This document shows, piece by piece, positions 56,496-64,000 of a stretch of 64,000 nucleotides of DNA (the stretch's first letter is position 1; each line of letters opens with the position of its first letter). The notes under the pieces were generated by a model, which did no database searches, was not told where the DNA came from, and was given only the letters and a program-made list of their open reading frames with translations. The translations under genes and the position numbers were made by a program. Source of the stretch: Rhodobiaceae bacterium (GTDB lineage: Bacteria; Pseudomonadota; Alphaproteobacteria; Rhizobiales; NORP267); the NCBI GenBank assembly GCA_020441905.1, contig JAGRLG010000015.1, forward strand, positions 765-64,764, given 5' to 3'.

Positions 56496-57467
56496 ATGAA
56501 GACCTTGAAAAGAACCATCGCCGCGGGGCTTGCCGCCCTTGCGCTGTCGGCCACGGCGGTGTCGGCGCAAGTGGTGACCATCGCCACCGGGGCCCAGGGA
56601 TCGCTGGCCTATAATTCCGGCCAGGCGGTCGCCAAGGTGGCGAATGATGTGGGAATCGTCGCGCGTACCCAGCCGCTGGTCGGCTACCTGCCGCTGCTCG
56701 ACAGCGGCGAGATCGATTTCGGCTTTTCCAACGGTGTCGAGGCCGAATACGCCCTGACCGGCACCGGGAATTATGACCGCGCCACCCCCAATCTGCGGCT
56801 GGTCGGGGTCATGTTTCCGCTGCGCACCGGGATCATGGTCCCGGCCGATACCGGAATCGCCACGATCTCGGACCTCAAGGCACAGACGGGCAAGCTTCGC
56901 ATCGCCTCCGAATATACCTCCTCGACGATCATTCCCTATTATATCGGCGGCGCGCTCGCCAATGGCGGGATGACCTATGACGACTTCCAGAAGGTGCCGG
57001 TGGCAAGCTTCGTCGCCGGGATCCACGCGCTGGGCGACGGGCTGGTCGATATCGCGCTGGTCAGCCTCAATGCCGGCGCCGGCAAGGAAGCCGAGGTGAA
57101 GCTGCAGGGCCGCGGCGGGCTGCAATATGTATCGCTCGACAATTCGCCCGAGGGCCTCGCCGCGTTCAAGAAATTCCTGCCCGCAGGCGACATTATTTCG
57201 ATGCCCCAGAACGACAATATTCCAGGCCTCAAGAAGGCGGCGAATATCATCCAGATCCCGTGGATGATGCTGACCCATGCCAAGGCGGACGAGGAACTCG
57301 TCTACCGAATGACCAAGGCGATCGCCGAAAACAACGAAGCTCTCAAGGCATCGTTCGGCGCCTTTGGCGCCGCCAAGAAGGAAGCAATGGCGCCGGCGAG
57401 CAAGGTGGCCTACCACCCCGGCGCGCTGCGTTACTTCAAGGAAGCCGGCATTCCGGTCGGCAACTAG
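56496..57467 (+). CDS. TAXI-family TRAP solute-binding protein
   Basis: Signal peptide, ...VVTIATGAQGSLAYNSGQAVAKV... and ...HPGALRYFKEAG. Confidence 0.85.
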   Translation: MKTLKRTIAAGLAALALSATAVSAQVVTIATGAQGSLAYNSGQAVAKVANDVGIVARTQPLVGYLPLLDSGEIDFGFSNGVEAEYALTGTGNYDRATPNLRLVGVMFPLRTGIMVPADTGIATISDLKAQTGKLRIASEYTSSTIIPYYIGGALANGGMTYDDFQKVPVASFVAGIHALGDGLVDIALVSLNAGAGKEAEVKLQGRGGLQYVSLDNSPEGLAAFKKFLPAGDIISMPQNDNIPGLKKAANIIQIPWMMLTHAKADEELVYRMTKAIAENNEALKASFGAFGAAKKEAMAPASKVAYHPGALRYFKEAGIPVGN

Positions 57468-57556
57468 CACCGCGGAACAGCGAGGGGCCGCGCCAGGGCG
57501 ACCCCTCGCATCGCTGCTCAGGCACGCGGCAAATGCAGGATAAGGAGCGCCGTCAC

Positions 57557-58213
57557 ATGATGACCGAGATATCCGCCTCGGACGGGCACAGGCTGGATTG
57601 CTGGATCGAACCGGCCAAGGGCGAAAGCCGGGGCGGGATCGTCATAGTCCAGGAAATTTTCGGCGTCACCGACCAGCTCAAGGGCGTGGCGGCGCGTTAT
57701 GCCGCGCTCGGCTACACCGTCGCCATTCCCGCCCTTTTCGACCGCAAGGAGAAGGGCGCGGTCATTCCTTTCGACCAGGGACCGCGCGGGCGCGACCTGA
57801 TGCTGGCGGCCGATCTCGACGAGACGATGCGCGATATCGATGCCGCTGTCGGAACGCTGGCCGCACGGGGCGGCAAGGTTGCCGTCATAGGCTTTTGCTG
57901 GGGCGGCGGCCTGGCGCTGCGCGCGGCGCAGAAGCTGGATATCGCCGCCGCTGTCGCGTTCTATGGCACCCGCCTTCCGCAATATCTCGATTCACCGCTG
58001 CGGGCGCCGCTTCTGGGCCATTTCGGCAGCAAGGACGATCACGTGCCGCCGGAGATGCTCGATGCGGCCAGGGCCTATCTGCCGGACATGCAGATTCACA
58101 TCTACGAGGCCGGCCACGCCTTTGCCAATGACGCCCGTCCGAGCTACGTCGCCGACGCTGCCGAACTGGCGCATCAGCGCACCGCGGCCTTCCTCGCCGC
58201 CAATCTTTCCTGA
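57557..58213 (+). CDS. Dienelactone hydrolase family protein
   Basis: ...GIVIVQEIFGV..., nucleophile context IGFCWGG, and C-terminal His (YEAGHAF). SD TAAGGAG. Confidence 0.85.
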   Translation: MMTEISASDGHRLDCWIEPAKGESRGGIVIVQEIFGVTDQLKGVAARYAALGYTVAIPALFDRKEKGAVIPFDQGPRGRDLMLAADLDETMRDIDAAVGTLAARGGKVAVIGFCWGGGLALRAAQKLDIAAAVAFYGTRLPQYLDSPLRAPLLGHFGSKDDHVPPEMLDAARAYLPDMQIHIYEAGHAFANDARPSYVADAAELAHQRTAAFLAANLS

Positions 58214-58371
58214 ACGGGCCGGGCGGCGCAGGCGGGAATCAAACGAAAACATCGCGATCACGGGCATCTCCGGTTCGCTGCCGCGCGCGCCCGCACCGCC
58301 CCCGCGGAACGCACACGAAAGCTGCCGAGGGATCATATCCTTCGCAAAATACAATGATATCAATTGATTGA

Positions 58372-58461
58372 TGGCGGAGGGGGAGGGATTCGAACCCTCG
58401 GTACGCTTGCACGTACAACGGTTTTCGAGACCGCCCCGTTCAACCACTCCGGCACCCCTCC
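58372..58461 (-). tRNA. tRNA-Ser (anticodon CGA), class II with long variable arm, CCA encoded
   Basis: Minus strand: GGAGGGG acceptor, anticodon loop CU-CGA-AA, variable stem GTACG/CGTAC, T-arm GAGGGTTCGAATCCCTC, then CCCCTCC-G-CCA. Confidence 0.9.
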
Positions 58462-58574
58462 AGGGACGGCGCTGCATCGCGCCGAACGGTGCGCCGCCAA
58501 TAGCACACAGTTTCGCCGCTGCACAAGGGCGCTGGAGCGTGCAAGACCCCGGGCGCCGGGGGCCCTGCAAATTG

Positions 58575-58602
58575 TTGACAGGCGGGGCTGCGCGTCTATA
58601 GT
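58575..58602 (+). promoter_or_regulatory. Sigma70-type promoter for rplU-rpmA
   Basis: TTGACA (58575-58580), 16-bp spacer, TATAGT (58597-58602). It implies a ~155-nt leader. Confidence 0.55.
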
Positions 58603-58765
58603 GCGCCGCGATCCGCGCCGGGGGCTTATGTCTTCGGCGCCCAAAGCGCTGCCCGAGGCATATGAGATCCGCCAGCTTGGACAAGCTGGATGAGATCGGC
58701 CGATCAAAGTCCGCGTCCATTCGCGGCGCCGAAGGGTGCGGGTGAAAAATGAGGACGGATTTGGC

Positions 58766-59224
58766 ATGTACGCTGTCATAAAGACAGGCGGCAAACAGTA
58801 TCGTGTCGCCCCCGACGATATCCTGTCGGTCGAAAAAATCGCTGGCGAAGCCGGCGATATTGTAGAATTTCCCGAGGTGCTGCTGGTCGAAGGCGAAGCC
58901 GGGCTGACCCTTGGCGCTCCGCTGGTCGACGGCGCGAGCGTCGCCGCCCAGGTGATCGAGCAGGCGCGCGGGCCCAAGGTCATCAGCTTCAAGAAGAAGC
59001 GGCGCAAGCATCAGCGCCGCACGCGCGGCCATCGCCAGATGCTGACTCGGGTCCAGATCACCGAGATCCTGACCGACGGCAAGAAGCCGAGCAAGGCGGC
59101 GGCCAAGCCGGCCAAGAAGGCCCCGGCCAAGGCAACCGAAGCGGCCGGCGAGACAGCCGCGAAAAAGCCCGCCGCCAAAAAGGCGCCGGCCAAGAAGGCG
59201 GCGGCAAAGAAGTCCGACGACTAG
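58766..59224 (+). CDS. rplU: 50S ribosomal protein L21 with Ala/Lys/Pro-rich C-terminal tail
   Basis: MYAVIKTGGKQYRV... Confidence 0.95.
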   Translation: MYAVIKTGGKQYRVAPDDILSVEKIAGEAGDIVEFPEVLLVEGEAGLTLGAPLVDGASVAAQVIEQARGPKVISFKKKRRKHQRRTRGHRQMLTRVQITEILTDGKKPSKAAAKPAKKAPAKATEAAGETAAKKPAAKKAPAKKAAAKKSDD

Positions 59225-59268
59225 GTTTTTCGCGGGGATCACGACCCCGGATTTAAGGAGATCAGGCC

Positions 59269-59538
59269 ATGGCACATAAGAAGGCAGGCGGCTCGTCCCG
59301 CAACGGACGCGACACAGCCGGTCGCCGGCTGGGCGTGAAGAAGTTTGGCGGCGAACAGGTCGTTCCCGGCAATATCATCGTCCGCCAGCGCGGCACCAAG
59401 TGGCATCCCGGTACCAATGTCGGCATCGGCAAGGACCACACCATCTTTGCCCTGACCGAGGGCAAGGTGGCGTTCCGCACCAAGGCCAAGGGGCGCACCT
59501 ATGTTTCGGTGGAGCCGGCGGCGCAGGCAGCGGAATAG
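59269..59538 (+). CDS. rpmA: 50S ribosomal protein L27
   Basis: [15 protein letters not shown]... Confidence 0.95.
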   Translation: MAHKKAGGSSRNGRDTAGRRLGVKKFGGEQVVPGNIIVRQRGTKWHPGTNVGIGKDHTIFALTEGKVAFRTKAKGRTYVSVEPAAQAAE

Positions 59539-59606
59539 GCGCGGCGCCACCAGTTTTGAGTTCGCCGGCGTCTCATTGAACCGGCGGAGCCGAAAAGGCC
59601 GCACAA

Positions 59607-59640
59607 GGGGGAGATGAGACAGTCATCTCCCCTTTTTCTT
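59607..59640 (+). terminator. Rho-independent terminator after rpmA
   Basis: GGGGAGATGA (59608-59617) pairs with TCATCTCCCC (59623-59632) around a 5-nt loop, followed by TTTTTCTTT. Confidence 0.7.
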
Positions 59641-59741
59641 TGCGCCGCAGCCAGTTTCGGCTAGAGCATATCGGGGGAAAAGCGGCCATTTCGCCGAAGT
59701 AAAAGGCGCCGGGCGAAAGCGCGGGCGCGGGATTTAGCGCG

Positions 59742-60773
59742 ATGAAGTTCCTGGACGAAGCCAAGGTCTATGTCCGCTCCGGCGATGGCGGCGCCGGCAG
59801 CATCGCGTTCCGGCGCGAGAAATTCATCGAATTCGGCGGCCCGGACGGCGGTGACGGCGGGCGCGGCGGCGATGTCGTCGTCGAATGCGTCAATGGCCTC
59901 AATACCCTGATCGATTTTCGCTACCACCAGCATTTCAAGGCCGCGCGCGGCGGCCATGGCATGGGCAAGAACCGGAGCGGCGCCGGCGGCAAGGACGCCG
60001 TGCTCAAGGTCCCGGTCGGCACCCAGATTCTGGAAGACGACCGCGAGACGCTGATTGCCGACATGACCGAGGTCGGCCAGATAATCGTCCTGGCGCGCGG
60101 CGGCAATGGCGGCTTCGGCAACACCCATTTCAAGTCCGCGACCAACCAGTCGCCGCGGCGCGCCAATCCCGGCGCTCCGGGGGTGGAAATGTGGGTCTGG
60201 CTGCGGCTGAAACTGATCGCCGACGCCGGCATCGTCGGCCTGCCCAATGCCGGCAAGTCGACGCTGCTGGCGGCGGTGAGCGCGGCCAAGCCCAAGATCG
60301 CCGACTACCCCTTCACCACCCTGCACCCCAATCTCGGCGTGGTCGGCCTGGACACCCGCGAATTCGTCCTTGCCGATATCCCCGGCCTGATCGAGGGCGC
60401 CCATGAGGGCGTCGGCATCGGCGACCGCTTTCTCGGCCATGTCGAGCGCTGCCAGGTGCTGCTGCATCTGGTCGATGCCAGCGGCGAGGATCCGGTGGCG
60501 GCCTATGAAACGGTGCGCGAGGAACTGGCCGCCTATGGCCATGGGCTCGAGAAAAAGGCCGAGGTTGTTGCCTTGAGCAAATGCGACGCGGTGGCGGCGG
60601 AGGAGATCAAGGCCATCGGCGCCGATCTCGCCAAGGCAGCCGGGCGGCCGGTGCTCACCCTGTCGGCGGCCACCGGCAAGGGCGTGCGCGAAGTGCTGTC
60701 GCGGCTCATCCAGATCATGGACCGCCAGCGCGAGGACGAGGCGCGGGCGCAAGAGGGAGCCTGGCAGCCATGA
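59742..60773 (+). CDS. obg: GTPase Obg/CgtA
   Basis: [19 protein letters not shown]..., GLPNAGKST and DIPGLIEGA. Confidence 0.95.
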   Translation: MKFLDEAKVYVRSGDGGAGSIAFRREKFIEFGGPDGGDGGRGGDVVVECVNGLNTLIDFRYHQHFKAARGGHGMGKNRSGAGGKDAVLKVPVGTQILEDDRETLIADMTEVGQIIVLARGGNGGFGNTHFKSATNQSPRRANPGAPGVEMWVWLRLKLIADAGIVGLPNAGKSTLLAAVSAAKPKIADYPFTTLHPNLGVVGLDTREFVLADIPGLIEGAHEGVGIGDRFLGHVERCQVLLHLVDASGEDPVAAYETVREELAAYGHGLEKKAEVVALSKCDAVAAEEIKAIGADLAKAAGRPVLTLSAATGKGVREVLSRLIQIMDRQREDEARAQEGAWQP

Positions 60774-61891
60774 GCGCGCCGCCCCGCCTGGGAGATTTCC
60801 GCCGCATCGTGGTCAAGATCGGTTCCTCGCTGCTGGTGGACCGCAAGAGCGGACTGCGCTCGCAGTGGCTCGGCGCGCTGGCTAGGGATGTCGCGGCGCT
60901 CGCTTCCGGCGGCGCCGAGGTGCTGATCGTCTCCTCGGGGGCCATTGCGCTGGGGCGCGGCCTGCTGGGGCTGGGCACGCGCGCGCTGGCGCTGGAGGAA
61001 AGCCAGGCGGCGGCGGCGGTGGGCCAGATTGAGCTTGGCCACGCCTATAAGGAGGCCCTTGGCGCCAATGGCCTGACCGCGGCGCAGATCCTGCTTACCC
61101 TGGGCGACACCGAGGAGCGGCGGCGCTATCTCAATGCCCGCAGCACCATCAAGACCCTGCTGCGCCTGAAGGCGGTGCCGGTGATCAACGAGAACGACAC
61201 CGTGGCCACCAGTGAGATCCGCTATGGCGACAATGACCGCCTGGCGGCGCGGGTGGCGAGCATGATCAGCGCCGATTGCCTGGTGCTGCTGTCGGATGTC
61301 GACGGGCTTTACAGCGCGCCTCCCGGCATTGAAGGCGCCGCGCTGATTCCCCGCGTCGAGAAAATCACCCGCGACATCGAGGCCATGGCCGGCAGCGCCG
61401 GGTCGGAACTGTCGCGCGGCGGCATGATGACGAAAATCGAGGCGGGCAAGATCGCCTGCGCCGCCGGCGCCCATATGGCGATCGCAAGCGGAAAGGTGAT
61501 GAATCCGCTGAACCGGCTGGGCGATGGCGGCGTGGCGACCTGGTTCATTCCCGCCGCCAACCCGGCGGGGGCACGCAAGGCCTGGATCGCCGGAACGCTG
61601 GAGCCGCGCGGCACGGTGACCATCGATGCCGGCGCGGCCAGGGCCCTGGGCCGGGGATCCAGCCTGCTGCCGGCGGGGGTGGTCTCAATAGAGGGCAGCT
61701 TCCGGCGCGGCGACGCGATTATCGTGCGTGACGGCGAGGGCCACGAGATCGGACGCGGGCTTTCGGCCTATGACGTCGACGATGCGGCGCGCATCGCCGG
61801 GCGCAAGAGCGGTGAAATAGAGCAGATCCTGGGCTATGCTGGGCGCTCGGAACTGATCCACCGCGACGATCTGGTGTTGAGGCGGGACTGA
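60770..61891 (+). CDS. proB: Glutamate 5-kinase
   Basis: ...[11 protein letters not shown]... with a C-terminal PUA domain. The start overlaps the obg stop (ATGA). Confidence 0.95.
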   Translation: MSAPPRLGDFRRIVVKIGSSLLVDRKSGLRSQWLGALARDVAALASGGAEVLIVSSGAIALGRGLLGLGTRALALEESQAAAAVGQIELGHAYKEALGANGLTAAQILLTLGDTEERRRYLNARSTIKTLLRLKAVPVINENDTVATSEIRYGDNDRLAARVASMISADCLVLLSDVDGLYSAPPGIEGAALIPRVEKITRDIEAMAGSAGSELSRGGMMTKIEAGKIACAAGAHMAIASGKVMNPLNRLGDGGVATWFIPAANPAGARKAWIAGTLEPRGTVTIDAGAARALGRGSSLLPAGVVSIEGSFRRGDAIIVRDGEGHEIGRGLSAYDVDDAARIAGRKSGEIEQILGYAGRSELIHRDDLVLRRD

Positions 61892-61896
61892 AGGAA

Positions 61897-63195
61897 ATGG
61901 ACCAGAAGGTGAACCGGGACGGCACAGGCAAGGCCGGGTCGCTGACCGCGCAGATGGCGGAAATCGGCCGCCGCGCGCGGGCGGCGGCGCGCGTGCTGGC
62001 CGAGGCGCCGCGGGCGCAGAAGGACGAGGCGCTGAAAGCCATGGCGGCGGCGCTGAGGGCCTCCAGCGCCAGGATTCTCGCCGCCAACGCCATCGATGTC
62101 GCGGCGGCGGAAAAGGCGCAGCGGCCGGCATCCTTTATCGACCGGCTGCGCCTCGACGAGGCGCGGATCGGCGCCATGGCCGACGGCGTGGCCCAGATCG
62201 CGGACCTGGAAGACCCGGTCGGCACGGTGATGGCGAGCTGGGCGCGGCCCAACGGGCTGCAGATTTCGCGCGTGCGCACCCCGCTTGGGGTGATCGGCAT
62301 CATTTTCGAGAGCCGGCCCAATGTCACCGCCGATGCCGGCGCGCTGTGCCTGAAGGCGGGCAATGCCGCGCTGCTGCGCCCCGGCTCAGAAAGCTATGAA
62401 TCGGCGCGTGCCATTCATGGCGCGCTGGAGCAGGGCCTGCGCGCCGCCGGCCTGCCGCAAGACGCCATCCAGATCGTGCCGAGCCGGGACCGCGAAGCGG
62501 TGGGGCTGATGCTGAGCGGCCTTGGCGGCTGCATCGACGTTATCGTGCCGCGCGGCGGCAAGAGCCTGGTGGCGCGGGTGCAGGCGGAGGCGCGGGTGCC
62601 GGTTTTCAGCCATCTTGAAGGCATCTGCCACGTCTATGTCCATGCCCCCGCCGACCTGGAGATGGCAAAGCGCGTCGTCGTCAACGCCAAGATGCGCCGG
62701 CCCGGCATTTGCGGCGCGGCGGAAACCCTGCTGGTGGACCGCGCCCTTGCCGGCACGCATCTCGCGCCCCTGGTCGCGGCGCTGATCGACGCCAGGTGCG
62801 AGGTGCGCGGCGATGAGGCCGCGCAGGCGGCGGACGCGCGCGTGATCGCGGCCAAGCCGGAAGACTGGGATACCGAGTATCTCGACGCCATCATCTCGGT
62901 GGCGGTGGTCGACGGGCTGGAAGGGGCGCTGGCCCATATCGCCGCCCATTCCTCGCAGCATACCGAGTCGATCATCACCGACGATGCCGCCGCGGCTGAG
63001 CAGTTCCTCGCCCGCGTCGATTCGGCGATCGTGCTGCACAATGCCTCGACCCAGTTCGCCGATGGCGGCGAATTCGGCATGGGGGCGGAAATCGGTATCG
63101 CCACCGGGCGCATGCATGCGCGCGGGCCGGTCGGCGTCGAGCAGCTTACCAGCTTCAAATACCAGGTCCGCGGCAGCGGCCAGACCCGTCCCTAA
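61897..63195 (+). CDS. proA: Gamma-glutamyl phosphate reductase
   Basis: ...IFESRPNVT... and a catalytic Cys region (…[12 protein letters not shown]…). Confidence 0.95.
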   Translation: MDQKVNRDGTGKAGSLTAQMAEIGRRARAAARVLAEAPRAQKDEALKAMAAALRASSARILAANAIDVAAAEKAQRPASFIDRLRLDEARIGAMADGVAQIADLEDPVGTVMASWARPNGLQISRVRTPLGVIGIIFESRPNVTADAGALCLKAGNAALLRPGSESYESARAIHGALEQGLRAAGLPQDAIQIVPSRDREAVGLMLSGLGGCIDVIVPRGGKSLVARVQAEARVPVFSHLEGICHVYVHAPADLEMAKRVVVNAKMRRPGICGAAETLLVDRALAGTHLAPLVAALIDARCEVRGDEAAQAADARVIAAKPEDWDTEYLDAIISVAVVDGLEGALAHIAAHSSQHTESIITDDAAAAEQFLARVDSAIVLHNASTQFADGGEFGMGAEIGIATGRMHARGPVGVEQLTSFKYQVRGSGQTRP

Positions 63196-63196
63196 A

Positions 63197-63796
63197 TTGG
63201 CCTGGCAACGCCATACCGTGCAAAAACACCGTGCCATCGGCTTGTTCGGCGGCTCCTTCAATCCCGCCCATGAAGGCCATGTCGAGGCCAGCGAGATGGC
63301 GCTCAAGCGCCTCGCCCTGGACGAGGTGTGGTGGCTGGTGTCTCCCGCCAACCCGCTCAAGGACAAATCGGTGCTGGCCCCCTTCGAGGAGCGCTGTGCG
63401 GGCGCGGAACGCCTGGCCCGCCATCCGCGCATCAAGATCTCGCGGATCGAGCACGAGGCACGGCTGACCTATACCCACGACACGGTGAGACGGCTGGTAC
63501 GGTCCCACCGCGACATCAACTTCGTCTGGCTGATGGGGGCCGACAATCTGGCCACCTTTCACCGCTGGGAGCGTTGGGGCGATCTTTTCCGCCTGGTGCC
63601 GGTCGCGGTGATCGACCGCCCAGGATACCGCTTCGCCGCCTTGGCCTCGCCGGCGGCGCAGCGCTTTTCCGCCAGCCGCATCGACGAGAGCGACGCTGCC
63701 GGGCTGGCCTTCCTGCCGGCTCCATCCTGGTGTTTTCTCAGCGGTTTGCTCAATCCGCTGTCCTCGACCAGGCTGCGCGGCAGCGCGGCGGCATAG
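63197..63796 (+). CDS. nadD: Nicotinate-nucleotide adenylyltransferase
   Basis: GLFGGSFNPAHEGH motif. The start is uncertain (TTG 63197 or GTG 63218). Confidence 0.85.
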   Translation: MAWQRHTVQKHRAIGLFGGSFNPAHEGHVEASEMALKRLALDEVWWLVSPANPLKDKSVLAPFEERCAGAERLARHPRIKISRIEHEARLTYTHDTVRRLVRSHRDINFVWLMGADNLATFHRWERWGDLFRLVPVAVIDRPGYRFAALASPAAQRFSASRIDESDAAGLAFLPAPSWCFLSGLLNPLSSTRLRGSAAA

Positions 63797-64000
63797 AAGT
63801 TGGAAAAGCGGCGGCGCGAGGGAATTGTTGAAAAGACCCACGGCGCCACACTATTGTTGTCTATCTGAAGCAAGCTTTCGGTTGAGTCGGTACCGGACCT
63901 TTCCCGGCACTTGATCTCAGGCCATGGATGAATGACAGAAGGACTTTCACCGCACAATGACAAGCGCCAAAGAGGGCGCCGGTAAGGGCGCGCCTCAAAA

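Noticed and set aside
58214-58371. Checked the flanks of tRNA-Ser for an integrated element (integrase, att repeats).
   Set aside because: Neither flank contains an integrase or phage-like ORF, and no duplicate of the tRNA 3' end was seen in the window.
63957-64000. Possible start of the next gene (ATG 63957, MTSAKEGAGKGAPQ...), perhaps rsfS, which usually follows nadD.
   Set aside because: Only 14 codons are visible, there is no clear SD, and the ORF is not distinctive enough to call.

Overview
High-GC chromosomal DNA. Gene content and synteny look alphaproteobacterial, Rhizobiales-like (for example the rplU-rpmA-obg-proB-proA-nadD block). All family assignments come from reading the translated ORFs and recognising motifs; no database search was run. 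I call about 60 protein genes, one tRNA-Ser(CGA), a few terminators and promoter or operator candidates, and several short tandem repeats. I saw no rRNA, CRISPR array, transposase, integrase or phage genes.

Blocks in order:
1. 0.35-4.3 kb: secreted Met-rich MXKDX-repeat protein, OmpR/HK two-component pair, exported MsrA-MsrB fusion.
2. MatB-like ligase, FadH-like flavoenzyme, small Cys4 protein, NifS-like desulfurase.
3. L,D-transpeptidase and a sterol-desaturase-family protein.
4. nirBD, FNT channel, tail-anchored PP2C/Ser-Thr-kinase fusion.
5. BenE, plus two aldehyde dehydrogenases flanking a Liv-type ABC importer whose LivF ATPase carries a ~230-aa repeat and polybasic tail, plus an AraC regulator.
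6. Translationally coupled yaiI-arfB.
7. Ornithine aminotransferase fused to an amidinotransferase-superfamily domain.
8. Nine-gene operon: GntR, opine-DH, HADH, TRAP, solo HyuB, VOC, PaaK-like.
9. Transglutaminase-like protein, TPR protein, queDC, purU.
10. DUF2946-PCuAC-SCO copper genes and an IMPase.
11. Four-gene 2-oxoacid:ferredoxin oxidoreductase cluster whose delta-ferredoxin is fused to a GltD-like NAD(P)H flavoprotein, next to LysR, a TAXI-TRAP system and a dienelactone hydrolase.
12. tRNA-Ser and the ribosomal/proline/NAD block.

Best candidates for undescribed biology:
- The Met-rich decoy / TCS / exported MsrAB module, which has a shared phased repeat box upstream of both effector genes.
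- The GltD-ferredoxin-fused 2-oxoacid oxidoreductase.
- The orphan nine-gene catabolic operon with a HyuB lacking HyuA.
- The LivF tail.
- The YaiI-ArfB coupling.
- The OAT-amidinotransferase fusion.

Start codons were chosen by SD and homolog logic, and several are uncertain.
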